64,000 nucleotides of DNA from Penicillus capitatus (GCA_965649825.1 OZ287699.1:1394477-1458476); one strand, 5' to 3'. Shown: positions 47,772 to 62,159, counted from the first letter of the stretch. Numbers and translations: made by a program. Notes: a model not told the origin generated them from the sequence alone.

Positions 47772-50091
47772 TTATCTGTATTCGTCTTCCAATTGCTTAA
47801 AACGTTCTTTGATCTCTTCGTTCAGCTCTCGCAAACGACCCCTCACAGATTCCTCGCCATTGGCTACAAACCACAGTCATAGTGATGGAGTGCTCGTGTG
47901 GAGGTGTGTGAAGTGGCCTACCTGGATCTTCGAATTTCTGACTGGAGACCTTGGAAAGAACATCTCCCAATCTCTGTCTGATCACATTGTATGTGATCTT
48001 TTGCCCTTCAGCATTTCCTGCTGCCGTTCTCTCGATCGCAGCCGTTGCGCATTTGTGGAACTGGACAATGTTCTTCAACATTTCAACGGATTTGTAGAAC
48101 GGGCAGTATTTGTCGTATTTACTAAAGGCATTCTGTTGCAAATAATCATCCTTCAAGAATCTGCACACACATACATTTGTTATGCGTCATGGAATTGAAT
48201 GGATTGTGCCATACCTGGCTGTTTCGAGGATAATCTTATCAGATTCTGCCAGAGCGTCTTTTCCGACCAATTGCACAATTTCATTCAACTCATCTTCTGC
48301 CTGAAGGACTTCCCTTGCCACGGTTCTGACAGGCACGAATTCGGAGTCGAATTTCTCATAGAATGGCTCCAAAGGTGCCGAGTATTTAGAATAGGAAATC
48401 AACCAGTTGACAGACGGAAAGTGCTTTCTCTGGGCAAGCTTCTTATCCAACCCCCAAAAGACTTGCACGATACCCAGAGTAGCTGCTGTGACAGGATCGG
48501 CAAAGTCACCTCCAGGTGGAGAGACGGCACCCACAATGGTCACACTTCCTTCTCTTTCAGGAGAACCCAAGCACGACACACGTCCAGCACGTTCATAGAA
48601 GGACGCCAGACGAGATCCCAGGTACGCAGGATATCTACACAACACATGTGTGAGATGTCTCACATCTGAGACCTATGCAAAAGAGGATACCCTGAATCGG
48701 CAGGCATCTCTGCCAGACGCCCCGAGATTTCTCTCAGCGCTTCTGCCCAACGCGATGTCGAATCCGCCATCATAGAGAAATTGTATCCCATATCGCGGAA
48801 GTACTCGGCAAGGGTAATGCCCGTGTAGATGGAAGCTTCACGTGCTGCCACAGGCATGTTAGATGTGTTGGCCACCAAAGTGGTTCTCTTCATCACAGAC
48901 TCTTCGCGACCATCCGGCAGCGTCATGGTCAGCTGAGGGAAGTCCATCAACACTTCAGCCATCTCATTACCACGTTCACCGCATCCGACATAGATGATGC
49001 CATCGGAGTTCGAATACTTAGACAGTGCCTGAGAAATGACGGTTTTGCCACAGCCGAAGGCACCAGGAATGGCACATGTTCCTACATCCCCATGTCACCT
49101 CACTTCTCCACACAAGGCAGAGATGAAGCTTACGTACCGCCTCTCACAGAAGGGAAGAGTGCATCCAGGACACGTTGACCCGTGAGGAGAGGAGAATTCG
49201 CCAAGAGCTTTGACGCGACAGGTCTAGGTGCACGCACTGGCCATTGATGCATCATTGCATACTCCTGCACAGCATGTCTTGCTGCGGCCTTTGCTCTCAC
49301 TCAATACGCATCACGTACCTTCTTCTGTCCTTGGAACTCGATTTCGATCACTCTTTCGTGGATGTTGTATTCGCCTGGAGGGGCCAAGAAAGAAATGACA
49401 CCTTTGGCATCGGGAGGCAACATGATGCGATGTTGGAGCAAAGAGTTCTCCTCGACGGTTCCGTAGACATCTCCACCCGTCACACGGTCACCCACCTGAG
49501 TGTCTCTTCGGTAGGAGATCCCTTTTGGGCAGAGGGCTGGCTGACTTTAAAGGTTGCCGGGACGAACTCCCATGTCGCTTTCGGATCCAAGGCAGGCACA
49601 TTGACACCTCTCGGAATGAAGCAGTCGCCTGACGCTTTGGCAATGGTCTCCAACGGACGTTGGATACCGTCGAAGATGTTCCCGAGAATTCCCGGACCCA
49701 ATTCCACCGACAACGGCTACAGTTTACTGCCTCAACGAGGCAGTTGAGGACACAACAAGTCACCTTCTTTGTGCGCAAAACGGGGTCGTCGACCGTCAAA
49801 CCGGACGTATCCTCGTAGACCTGCGAACGAGACGGACATGGCGGCGGATGTGCGCCGGTCGAGGTCGCACTTGAATTGTCGCGTTTCCTCCCTCGAGTCG
49901 AATGATTTCGCCGATGAGCTGAGAGGGACCCACACGCACCAACTCGTACATGGCAGCGCCTTCCATCTTCTCGGCCACCACGACGGGCCCAGACACCTTA
50001 CGAATGTATCTGCGCACCAAGACATGCGGCGGTGTTATGGGAAGACGAGAATGCACCCATAGTCGCTTTCTTTTTCGAGATCGCGTCCCAT
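47772..50091 (-). CDS. VHA-A: V-type H+-ATPase catalytic subunit A, multi-exon
   Basis: [81 protein letters not shown]. Confidence 0.97.
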
Positions 50092-50953
50092 TGTGAAAGA
50101 GCTCGAGGCGCAGAGGTCGACCGAATGGATGGACGTGAAGAATTGGCGAACAAACCAAATCCACAGACACAGTCGCTTTCATCTGTCACATCTTCATCAT
50201 CCGACCTTTTGCTTGGCAATGGGCGCTTTGGACAGGAGGGAAACACCGAGAAGCATAAAAACGATACCGATGCACCAGTTTCGCGTCAATCGCTCACCAA
50301 AGACAGCCCATGCCACACATCCCTGCTAACAGAACGCTCTTGTGCCTTCTCATCATCTGTCAATGCCATAGAGGAGACCACCATGGTAAGGGTGTTGGTC
50401 GAGTTAGCGATGACGGTGGCCTGCAGAGATGGCATCTCTCCCATGCCTTTGACATGACAGACCCAGGCGCTCCAATTCAACTGCTCTCATACTTTATGTC
50501 TCGATGAGAAGGTGGGGAGAATGACAGTTATTGTACCGCAATAGAAATGAGATAAAAGAGAAGGGTGAGTCCAGTTGATATAAAGGCGTTCCAGAGGGGC
50601 AAGTGTTGGGTCCATACGGTTACATTGCCGGCGGTTTTGAAAGACGCGGCTGCAAGCGCATCGAGGATACCAGCTGTCATACTCGCTCTCATTATCGAAG
50701 CTTAAAGATAGTTGTACTACGGTGTGATTTTCATGACAGTTGTCAATTAACATAAAGGTTACTTCTAATTCTCCTGCGGAGTTGAACAAGCGTTTGTACA
50801 TTCTGCATCGCCTATTGGCACTTCGGCGTTGATTCTTCGGCCATTCTTGCGTGTTGAAAAAAACGTGTTATATGGTCGGCTTACGAGAACTGGTGCGTTT
50901 GCCTTCGGTTGTCACTAGGGCGACATCTCAGAGCGTTATCGTAGGTGAAGCGA

Positions 50954-52508
50954 ATGGGTTGTTGTGCGTCGACCGTGGCAAAACAAAATTCTTTGGAAAG
51001 CGAACTTCCCAGCTACCATCCTCGTACCGCGGGTTCCGGCCATGAGATGAATGTCCGGCCGCGAGGTGTCCAGCCCAACAGAGCTGCTGCCGCCTCGTCC
51101 AAAATTGTGACGCTCACAATTCCTCCTACGCCTGACGGACCATTTGAAGAGGCCGAGCAACGCATGATAGACTCGTAAGGGATAGAGGCACTAAGACGTT
51201 GATATGACTGTATTTGACTGCAGGCCAAAATTCCGAAGAGGCCAGTCCGTCCGAGAAAAATACACACTTGGCAAAGTTCTGGGCGCAGGAGGTCGGATTG
51301 CCTCGTTGATGTCTCGTTGTGTGACGCATGACATGCTTTTAGGTTTTGCTGTTGTGAAAATCGCAACGAACAGGGAGACCGGCAAGAAATATGCATGCAA
51401 GATTATTCGTTTGCCCAAGAATGATAATGTAGCAAAAGATGATGTATCGAGGTGTGTGACCATCATTCCCTTCGTCCATTCATGAAAAGTGTGAGAACTC
51501 AGGAGCGAAGTTTTTCAAGAGGTCGAAATCGCGAGTTGTGCAAATCATCGAAACGTTATCTCTGTCAAAGAGTTCTTCGTATCCGAGAAACGCGTAAGAC
51601 GCCGTCATCCCTCTTAATGTGTTCATGTCATTATTGGATGGATGCAGGTTACTCTTATCATGGACTACATGGAGGGAGGTATGGTCTTGGATTCGCTACT
51701 CGACCGGAAAAATGGCCGCTACACCGAAGACGACGCAAAGGGTGTCATGAAACAAGTTTTGGAAGGTCTGGCCTACTTGCATGCTCGCAATGTTGCTCAC
51801 CGAGATCTCAAACTCGAAAACATACTGCTGGCGCGCAAGAATGATCTCTCTCACATTAAAATCGTCGACTTTGGACTCTCTAAACATACAACTGGCATGA
51901 TGTCATCTGTGCTGGGAACACCTCAGTTTGTCAGCCCTGAGATGCTGAATCGCAAGGTGAAGACTTACGGGAAGTATGTCGACATGTGGAGCGCCGGCGT
52001 GCTTCTATACATCTTCCTTTCTGGATTTCCTCCGTTCTTTGACACGAATGAAAATGCATTGTTCAGGAAGATCATTGCTGGAAACTATAGCTTTAATGAC
52101 CCCGTATGGAACAGCGTATCGGAAAGCGGCAAAGATCTTATCTCTAAACTGCTAGTAAAAGATACGGATGTACGTTTATCGGCGACAGAAGCATTGGAAC
52201 ATGAATGGTTTGCCACACACGAAGAGCACAGTGAGCCATTGCAGGAGACTCAAAGCAATCTGTTACGTCTCAAGAGAGCAAAAGTAGGCTGCCGTTCGTT
52301 TCCAGCCACTGTCACATCATCTCATACTTTTCTGTCTGTCTAGTTACTGCAGAAAGCTGGTAGAGTCGTTATTGCTCTCAATCGAATGCGTCTGACGCCC
52401 ACGGAGGAGAATATTCAGGACATGGCAATGCAGCTGGAAATGGAAGACATGAATCTTCCAGACTTCCTCCTCGGCGATTCAGAGGAAGAAACCACACCTC
52501 GTCATTAG
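50954..52508 (+). CDS. CaMK-family Ser/Thr kinase with N-terminal MGCC acylation motif
   Basis: LGAG/GF, YACK, HRDLKLEN, DFG, GTPQFVSPE, DMWSAG; C-terminal basic amphipathic segment; TAG at 52506-52508. Confidence 0.92.
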
Positions 52509-52701
52509 GAGGCAGAGTCGTCGGCAGAGCAGCGCGTATGCAAGCTGGCTGATGTATAACAAGTTTACAATCTACTATTCATCACATTGTTCATCTGACT
52601 GCAAACTAATGGACCAGATGATCTTGTGTCGTCTTTGAATCACAAGTCGATTGACGCGATGGCTCATTCTTCGATTTGTGTCTGTTAGATGGATCGCCAT
52701 C

Positions 52702-53915
52702 TTAATCCACAGTGGCTTTCTCGTTCTTTTCCTCGGCGTCGTCTTCGTCCGATGTGGTTAGGGAATGGTCGGCAGGTGGATGATCAGGAGCCTGGGATAC
52801 CCGATCGTCATTGCCGCCACATTGCGTGTCTTCTCTCGGGATACTCGTCTCGCGCGGCGCTGCTGCGTCGGTTGATGTGACGTCCGCCGACTGTGTGTGT
52901 GCGCCGCCAGCAGGATGCGCCGCCTCTTCCCCTCGACGGAACGATTGTGCGACGTCGACGGGCTTTTCTCCGACGCCTGAAGCGACATCTGCCACGTGTG
53001 TCGTTTCACGCTTTGGCGATAGACGTTCGGCGTTGGTTGTCCCTTTGTGCACGGCCTTCTCGAGATATCCGTGCTCGGTTTGTGTCATGGCAGCTTGTCG
53101 CTGTGCGTGCGGCAAAAGTCTGTCGTTGCGTTCGGCCTTGATGGTCGTTCTTAATCGCCCCTTCGTGGTAATAGCTTCAAAGATAGTCAAAGGTAGGAGA
53201 GGTCGACTTACCGAACGTTGATGTGAATGAACCCGTTCCATTAGCATTTCGAAAGGAATCTCCTTCTCCTCGATTCCATTCATCTTTCCAAGCTGCTTAA
53301 GAATATCCGTCGACACAATCTGTCCAGGCCGCATCGTACGAAACGGTCTAATCTTGGTATTGTACAACTCCATACGCGCACCCTCGCTGCGTTCCATTGC
53401 CTTACACGACAGAGCAGCAATTTTCAGAGCAAACGAAAGGACACTGAAGTGAGGCGACTTGCTCAAAAGCATTCCGACGCAGTTCATGAAGCAGAGGGGA
53501 TGCTCGTGAATGTTGACAGAATTCGAGATAGCGTTTGTGATTACAGGCGCGTTCTCTCCTCATCGTCTCTCGTTTTTCTTGCCGTTTCTGGATATCTTCG
53601 AGTATCGCCGTCAGCCGATCGCGTTGGATGGCCTCAAGCGAATGCATCTGTCGCTTCTCCAGAATCACACGTCGCTGTCGTTGAAGTTCGGCCTGTCGCT
53701 CTTCAAATCTGCTTTTCTCGATCGGCCAATTACGAATGCGAATGAACTCTTCTCTCGACGGCGCGGACAGCTCCACCTGTAGCCTCTGTCGCGGATGAAC
53801 ATCTCGGCCGTATTTGTTCCAGGGATGGTGATGCCGGACGGTCTGTGCAGTAGCCGAAGTGCGATCCGTTTCTTTCAGACTTACAAACAGACTCGGAGAC
53901 CGTCGTCGAGTACAT
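52702..53915 (-). CDS. Hypothetical coiled-coil protein (exon structure partly unresolved)
   Basis: Two long overlapping ORFs (175 and 261 aa) with a charged coiled-coil stretch (FEERQAELQRQRR...), joined by plausible GT-AG introns. No recognised family. Confidence 0.55.
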
Positions 53916-54176
53916 GACTGTCCAGTCATTACGTCGTTATGCGGGCGGACGGTAAAACGAGGCAGAACTGTGAGGCCGAGGCTGATGTACTAACCGACAA
54001 TGTAATTCTTAATTGCCAACTAAACGCAAACATGACGAGATGCAATGAACGACGCATACCACACAAACACACCCCGTGCACAAAGACACACGCATACAAA
54101 CGGACATAAGGCTTCTTCAAAAGATCGCTGTGGAGTGAAACAAAATTATGAATGCGACGCACAGAAGGCGTTGATA

Positions 54177-55484
54177 TCAGGAGCGTTGTGCTCTTGGAGA
54201 GGTGTCGTATCCCAATACCCAGGGATGCCGCAATGCCTGTTCTGCTGTCAATCTCTTATCCGAATCGATCTCCAACAAGAGTGTAATCAAGTCTTTCGCT
54301 CTGTCGTCACACTTTTGTCATAGAGTGACCACCGAAGGAGAGATACGCTTACGCCTGAGAGATGTGTTTCCACATGGGTGTCTTGAATGTATACTCTGCC
54401 CTTATGATTTTATCGAAAATCTGCTCTTCTGTTCCAGTGAATGGCTGTGTGCCAGAGAGCAGAATGTAGAGCAACACGCCAACACTCCACATGTCCACAC
54501 TCTTTTCATAGACTTGCCCCTTTGTCCTCGTAATCACATCTGGTGCCACATAGTTCAATGTGCCACACATCGTCTCCAATGGACGCGACGTCTGCTTTGC
54601 TAGACCAAAGTCAACAATTCTCACACTTTCAAAGTCATCTCTCTTCGCCAAGAGAATGTTCTCCAACTTCAAGTCGCGGTGAGCGACTCCCCTAAGATCA
54701 ATCCCCTCCACGATGCATCTCACAGATGCTGAAGGCACAAACCGTGAGTGCAAGTATTTTATTGCCTCACAGAGCTGTTTGAAAACAATCCGGGCTTGGT
54801 CTTCGTTGAGTTTCCGGCGAACGACTTCGAGTAACCGACCGCCCTCCATATAATCAAACACTAAATACACCTGCCAACCATACGTTTAACACAGACCATA
54901 CGTTTCTGCATGACAGAGGCGCACTTTCTTGCGGCCAATGTAGAATTCACGCATGTTGGCAATTTGAGCATGTTCGAGTTCCGCTGAGATTTTGATTTCG
55001 CGAAAGACATCTTCACTGCAGAGACAGGGAATGACCTCATAGGATGCCTCTGTGGCAGAGAATGGGCACACCGAGTCATCTCCTCGTCGGACAATTCTGC
55101 ATTTGGACGAGGCAATGTCATGATTTTGCATGCATACAATTTATCGTCGTCCCTTTTATCAAAGATCTCGATAACTTCGGCAAAACCTGTCCATACATGC
55201 ACCCATCAACGCATGTCGATAGACGGTAGGTCGACAGCTGCCGACGAGCGTTACCTCCATCAGCAATTTTGGTGCCGAATGAATATTTCGACCGAACCTT
55301 CTTTGCGTTGTATTTCGTTCTAATAACAACAACGGCGTTCCCGTGAACATCCACGTCATATACGGACGCGTCGAGATAGATTCAGAAATAGGAGACGACT
55401 TACGATGCGTATACTTCACGTTCCAACTCCGTCTGGCCGAGATTTGTACCGTCTCCACTGTCACCCACCTGTTTGGCATCCCAT
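54177..55484 (-). CDS. Second CaMK-family Ser/Thr kinase (5' exon uncertain)
   Basis: IADG/GFAEV, YACK, HRDLKLEN, DFG, CGTLNYVAPD, DMWSVG, LRHPWV; TGA at 54177-54179. The ATG (MGCQ, 55484) is tentative. Confidence 0.85.
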
Positions 55485-55647
55485 AATGTAGAGGGCAGAA
55501 AAGATATCACTTGCCGCGAATCGTTTTAAACCGGCCAGTGGATGGAAACCAAAGCACGCAAACATGGTAGCTCGATAGTTGTTGTTGTTGTTCTCTGGGA
55601 ATTCACGCGACAAACTTTGTTAACGAACGGACAGACCGTAGCACTAT

Positions 55648-58382
55648 TCAATCAATATCCATCACATCTCCAGTCCATACGCTGCCTTGAAATGAGATAT
55701 TCAAATGCTCTCCGCCGTACGAAAGGCAAAGGCGCCTGAGATCGCTCGAGAAGGCAAAGTGTGATGGAGGCAGACTGAGATCATCCATCAATTGCTGACC
55801 CATTCGACAGAGCGATTGGGCACGAGTCCCGTTCTCGAGCAAGAGGGAAAGATGTATCGCTCTTTCCAGTACAGAAATGAGAGCTTTATCTGGTACCCCT
55901 TGATTCGAAATCGCCGATTTAACATTCCAGAGGAGAATCATGACTTCTGCTCGAAGAGACAATGGACCTTCCGAGAGGATAAATGGAAGCAGAGATGTCA
56001 GAATCTTGTTGACTTCATGAGCCGCATTCCTTTGCAAATTGAAGAGCCCTTTGCAGAAGAGATAGACAGATACGGCCGTATGCAACGTCAGATTTGTATC
56101 CTCCAAAAACACTCCGGCATCGAAGATGAAGGAGGCTGTGAGATCGATGTTGTCTTGACAGTCGTCCAGCTTGCTGTGGAGCAACAGGACTTCGGGTTCC
56201 CTTTCTGCCAGTTTGCCTCTCTCGCAGATATTGGCAAGTGTCTGTATTTGCTGCACAGATTCCTGTGTCTTTTCCACGGACATCAGGGATCGGATGATAA
56301 GGGATTCGTGGCGGACGAATTCGTCGATACTCAATGGCACTTGGTTTGCTGTCCATGCTGCAAAGCTTCGCAAAGAGATCTCCTGTAGCGGCGGCCATAT
56401 GTTCTGATTTCCATGCGCTGCTGGACTCTGCATCAAGCTTGTCTCTAGAGACATATATTTCTCTGCCGCTTTCAGGGATAACTGGTCCTTAATATCTGTC
56501 ACCCTATAAAGGACCACAGGTGCAGAAATCGCAAAGTCTAGATGAACGTGTTACGTTGCCACTAAAGATAACATCATGCGGCCAGCAGCATACCCCTTTC
56601 TGTCTGCCTGCGTCGTGACAACATGCACTAGGGCCTCGGCTCGATCCGTCAGACTTGCACGTTGGCTGAACGCGAGCTCGACGGAGAGGGCAGAGATCAG
56701 GCCGAGCGTCTGATGGCCCACACGTTTCCAGGACTGAGCACAGTACACTTGCATGGTGGACACGAGCCGATCCATCTAGAGAACAACACGAATGGCCTAC
56801 TGTTAGAGCTCGGAGATGGATGGATGTACGGTGCTGTTGATGTCTGGATCGATGTTCTTCACAGATGGATCAAAGATATGGAGGGCGTTCATAAAGAGTT
56901 TTCCTGTTTCGACATCGTGCTCTTCGGCTATTCTAGATCTGCGCTTTACATTCAGGACAACAGTGGCAGCCGAAACATAATCCCTCAGCTGTCGGAGGTT
57001 CTTCTCGCTTGTTGTCACCAGACGATGCACTTCAGTGGTACTACATAGCGCGCTATGTTAGCCATTGCTATTGCCTCTTTCTTCGTCACCTGGCCCTGCG
57101 GCCCTGAATGATGCCATGCTTCAGGGCCATGAGTGACTTGACAGTGACAGAACAGGCAAGGATGTGTGGCAGTTTTGCATGCCTGGCCTTCGCACACGAT
57201 CGCTCTAGCAATCGATTCGCTGTCTCAAGCGTCGCCTCGTTCTTCTCGAATTCGGGTGGCGATTGCAGCAACACTTCGACGAGCAGTATTAGACAAGACA
57301 ACATCACCTTTTCATCTTTGAGCTTCCTGATGGACTCAAAGGCATTGTCCAGCGCAGCTCGACTTCTCTGTAACAAACATCGCCGGACGAATCGACCCAA
57401 TACAGTCCATCCTAGACTGGGTGCCTACCTCCACATGATCGAAAGTCTTCTCCAGCGAAGCCATCTTCAGAGACATCGAATGCAACCTTCCAGAAGTCGA
57501 TTCCGACGAACGAAGCTCTTTCTTTTCGGCATTGTTTGACGCTGTGAAAGCCTGACTGCAGTATCTATACATGAAAGATGCATGGTCCAAATAGCCCTCC
57601 CTTCGAGAATTTAGACGGTCACCTGTGCAGTGTTTGAATGGAATCTGTAACATCTTTACGCAAGAGCGCGATATCGTGTTGCATCAGGAAAGAGTTTGGA
57701 TTGTCGGATGACAGCGACTGCAGCTGTTCGAGCTGCTTGTCGATCTCCGACGGAATCTTCCCTCGCTCAAAATCTTCCAGCAGATCTTCGTAATGCTTCT
57801 CCAGAGCAACGGAGTTGACCACGTGATGCGAAAAAGGCTCTTCGTCGAGCATAGGAGGACAGTACTGTGACATACCCATTGCCAAATCACTGATCGTTTC
57901 AAATTTCATCTCTTCGAAGGACGCAATGCATTGCTTCAGAAAGACGCCGAATGGACTGTTGTCCGGGATGCGGAGAGACTCATCAGAAACGAGCGTCTTC
58001 AGCAGTGGAGATATACCATTCAGCCCTTCAAGATCGCGCTTGAGTTCGGTGAAAAAACGCGCGAGTTGGGGTATGGACGTCAAGCTCTGAATGCAAACGT
58101 CACATCACTGCCTGCGGAATCGACACTTACAGAGAGACAATCGCGACAATAGTTTCCAATGGCCACGCCGTGCTCTCCGAACTCTTCTTGAAGAAGACTG
58201 AGCAGTCTGTCGAGGGAAGGCAGACGCAAAGAAGCCACATCGTAACGCTGACGTAGACAAAACTGAACAAAACGCGAAGCCGTCTTCGGTTCCGTTTCGA
58301 ATGGCAGTTCCGTCTGCGCCGATGTCATGACACGCATGATCGCACAGAGGGCGATGTGAGGTGGCGACACCACGAAACCCAT
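55648..58382 (-). CDS. APC5: Anaphase-promoting complex subunit 5, multi-exon
   Basis: MGFVVSPPHIALC; SPFGVFLKQCIASFEEMKFE; APC5-domain-like HDIALLRKDVTDSIQTLHR/Y; TPR-like helical C-terminus. Confidence 0.75.
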
Positions 58383-58524
58383 CGATTCCGAACATAACAA
58401 CACCATTACTGCACAAACACACGCGTCATGATTACCGCAAGGAGAACGTCAGCCTACGAAGCGACATTACATCAGCGCCTTTTAAAGCAGAAGAGTATTG
58501 AATGAGCAGGAGTACGCGCTTGCC

Positions 58525-59220
58525 ATGTCAACCTTGCCAAGCTTCTTGGCCCGCTTACGTCGTCGCTGCGAAATCGTATTAGTCAAAACGACGCTACAGA
58601 TATTGAGACCCATTGAGGCCTTTCTGGAGGAGTGCTCGTACATGTTGGAAGGAAGAAAACACGCACATGCGAACCATCTACTGGGCCAGGCTGTCTATCG
58701 CTGTTACTTTCAAGAGAGAACGGCACTCCAAATGCAGAAGCTCCTGACTGCGCATCAACTGCACTCGTGTCGTGAAGAACTCGTTGCACTTTCAAGAGAA
58801 AACAGACAGCTAAGAGGCAGACTTCAGATGTACGAGTATGAAGAAGATGCAGCTCAGGTCAATCGCAGAACACTGCTGGGCCTGCATAGAGAGAAGTCGA
58901 GTCTCAGTGAACGAAACGGACAGCTGAAGTCAGAACTGAAGCGCACGGAGTATCTACTGCGCTCTGTTGAGCACGAGATCGAAGGTCATCTTCCGAAGAG
59001 GTCGAGAGAGGATAAGAGAGTAACGCTTAGTAATAATTCGACCTCTTACTCCGTCGACATCGAAAATGTATCTGTCTCATCCGAGAGTGAGACAGGAACT
59101 GTCAAAGTCTGTTGCAGTTCTGTATCTTCGGAATCTTTTGATTCGGATTCGACATGGATATCCAAGCATCAGATCATCGTTCATGTACCATCATCAAATA
59201 TATCACCCAAGCCTGACTAG
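58525..59220 (+). CDS. Hypothetical coiled-coil protein
   Basis: 240-codon open frame with a heptad-like region (ELVALSRENRQLRGRL...LSERNGQLKSELKRTE), divergent from APC5. The start is uncertain. Confidence 0.55.
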   Translation: MSTLPSFLARLRRRCEIVLVKTTLQILRPIEAFLEECSYMLEGRKHAHANHLLGQAVYRCYFQERTALQMQKLLTAHQLHSCREELVALSRENRQLRGRLQMYEYEEDAAQVNRRTLLGLHREKSSLSERNGQLKSELKRTEYLLRSVEHEIEGHLPKRSREDKRVTLSNNSTSYSVDIENVSVSSESETGTVKVCCSSVSSESFDSDSTWISKHQIIVHVPSSNISPKPD

Positions 59221-60482
59221 GGAGGGGGTACCACCAATGGGTCGTGAAGCAATAAGATTGTCACACGCTCTTGTGTGTACATGATGACATGCAGACTAAC
59301 AACAGACAGGGTATTCCACCTGTCATGTCATGCGTTTTCTTGGATCGGTTTTCATTTTTGTGTGATGTCAACAGGAGGAGTCGTCATTACACGGACTCCA
59401 ATAACATGCTCTCGCACTCAGCAGTTATTAAAGGATTTTGCCTCCTAGCCTTCCACTGGACTTTTCGTCAGTTAATTGTACTTCCGTGTGTCATGTTTTT
59501 AAGGATATCCACTTCCTATGCATCCAACCCAACTAGTGATCGACAATGCCGGTGTTCTTTTAACGAAGCATTCTCTGGCCCTTCAATGATTGTGGACAAT
59601 TAAATGGTTTGAATGCTGGTGGAATGTGCCTTACTATCCACTCTGTTCTGTGGATGCTGCATAGGTTTGTTGTCACTGAGAAGGGGATCTTCGGTTAGCC
59701 ACAACATTTCCCATAGCGACAGTTGAAAGATCGATCTATCGAAAAAGGCGAACCATCTGATAATCGTTCGATAGCCTGCTTGGCGACAGAACGCGACACT
59801 GATGAGGACCACACGATGCCTTGCTGAAATCCATAGCGTACAGAGAGATGATGCCACTTCTTGTGGATGTAACACCAGCGAATTGCGCTTCTCGATAAAG
59901 GTGCAAAAGGAAAGGGGATTAGCCCACTCACCAGCAGTCGGCAGATCTCTCTGTCTGTCAAAGAATTCTGTTCTGTAGCCGCGCAGTATGACAGACTCTT
60001 GCTTTCGGACATCTCGACTCGCTGGTGTCATCCATCGGCTTTGCATTGAACTGCTCTAAAGCGGTGTGCGGCGATCTTATGTTCGCTTCTTTACTCTTCA
60101 CGCGAAACCGAGAATTGCGTTCTCGATGCCCCTCCATCATCGAGTGATAAACTGTGCCGTTGAAGTTCCGTGTTTCTCTATGTGGAAAGAACTTGTCATT
60201 CATTTCGCACGGTGGTGAAGGAACGCTGTCGTGCTGAAGAAGATTAATGGCAGACATTCAAAGCAAATAGATCGACGATTGTGTCGACAGCTTAAAAGCG
60301 ATGGGATAGACATGGCAATCCTAACGCATACTGCGCGTGGACGACATAAACGCCTCCGTCAAGATTGTCTGCACTCGAATCGCGTTCGATCTATTGTGAC
60401 AAGGTATTGGGAAATTCTAAAAACGCAACTTAGAGAGACTCTCCCTCATAATAAACACTCTGTCAAAAACAGGATTACGATG

Positions 60483-62159
60483 TCAAGACGGTATTGGCTT
60501 CTTTCCGTAAAAGAGGCCCCATCGCTGTTCACCAGAACTGGCTCTGACAATCTTGTCTTTCCATCCTTGCACAACGGCAGTGTAATCCTCTTCGCTAAAC
60601 TGATCCAGGAATGATGCGCGTTGCTCTTCCGCCGTTTTCACCTCGCGTTCCAGAATTGGAAGGAATTTCGATTCCGTAACGTCCTCAGCAGACACCTCCA
60701 CAAATCCGGCATCCGTAAGCATCTGACCGTACGCAGGAACAGAATGCAGATCATAGCCCCTCTGTGTGATATACGCAGCAAACCCAGGACTTGGATCATT
60801 CACTGAGCGGCAGTAGTCCGTAATCAACACCTGCCCACCAGGCTTCAACCAACCATACATTCTCTTAAACAAGCTAGGCTTGTCTTGTATGTGAAGGATG
60901 GCATCTCGGCTGTAAACGATGTCGATGCTGTTGTGTTCGAAGTCGCACTTGGTACAGTCTGCCACTTTGAATTTCGCTGTTCCATTCGATATGGCATACT
61001 CTCCAGTGCATGCCCTTTCCAATGCAATGGCGATCATGTTGACAGAGAGATCAATGCCCAGCACATCCACGCCAAATCTCTCTGCCAGATAAAAGCATCC
61101 ACCACCGATACCGCAACCCACATCCAACAGCATTTGCCCTGGTTGCAGATCCAACTTCTGAACGATGTCATCTGTCGATGCCATTCCTCCGGTGCTGACG
61201 AATCCATGACCAAACAGCTTTTCATAACGCAGGATGCCATTCTTCGTATACTGAACATGATCCAGGAAATGGCGAAATTCGACATGCTCTGCATCTTTCT
61301 CCACCTATGGACCATCCACGATCACAGAGAGCACGACATCTCTGGCATCGCACTTTTGTAAACTTCCAGTAGATCTGACTGTAATTGTGTTTGATTTTTA
61401 CATAGGAGGACAGATTGGCGCATTCGGTCAGCTTGAATTTGTAATGCTTTCCGTCTGCACCTATCATGTGCACTTTGTCCAGAATAGAAAAGTAGAAGAC
61501 GACATCTCTGTAGTGTGTCGGGTTCTGATCTCTCTTCACATCTCCCGATGAACGATAACAAGACTCTCGAAAAAAGAAAGTACCTCCCTCTCTCAACTGC
61601 AAAACACAACAGGAAACGGAGTGGAACGGAAGGTGAATTGCCGAAGGATCTTACCCACTCTAATGCTCTCTTCACAAATCTCTCGGTCTCTTGGTCAGAA
61701 AGATACATGAGCAGCCAATTGGAAAAAACAACATCCAGAGATCCGTTCGGCAGTTTCAGTTTTGTGGCATCATCGGTGATGAAGTCGATGTTCGCCATAG
61801 ATCCGTTGTGTTTCTCGTTTTCTCTCGTCAAATGCTCCAAGAAATCACAAGCAATGACCTTATTAGCTGTTTTCGCCAGTTCTCCGGTTAAGCGACCCAT
61901 TCCGGCACCGAGTTCAAGAACTGTCTTGCCTTCTACAGGACCCAGCGCCTTCAGAATCTGAAAACAGCAGCAATACATGCCGACCCGGGAACACGCTTAG
62001 GCATCGTTCGTTTCTCACTTCTGGACGATCTGCCGCATCGAGTGCCGTCGCTCGGGTATCGAGCATCATTGTCTCAATCGACGGATTCTGAGAATGGTCC
62101 TTCCAGTAAGTCTTTTGTGCCGTGCGCTCCCGTTCGTTATCGTCGACATTGCGCTCCAT
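60483..62159 (-). CDS. PEAMT: Phosphoethanolamine N-methyltransferase (plant two-domain type), 4 exons
   Basis: YWKDHS...[71 protein letters not shown]. Confidence 0.95.

Noticed and set aside
50286-50801. 104-aa minus-strand ORF upstream of V-ATPase A
   Set aside because: No homology signal; it lies in the divergent promoter region between V-ATPase A and the CaMK gene.
55690-55740. Possible GC-AG intron at the APC5 3' end
   Set aside because: The unspliced frame is open and there is no homology constraint to require splicing.
59271-60257. Short ORFs between the coiled-coil gene and PEAMT
   Set aside because: No recognisable domain or consistent exon chain; left uncalled.
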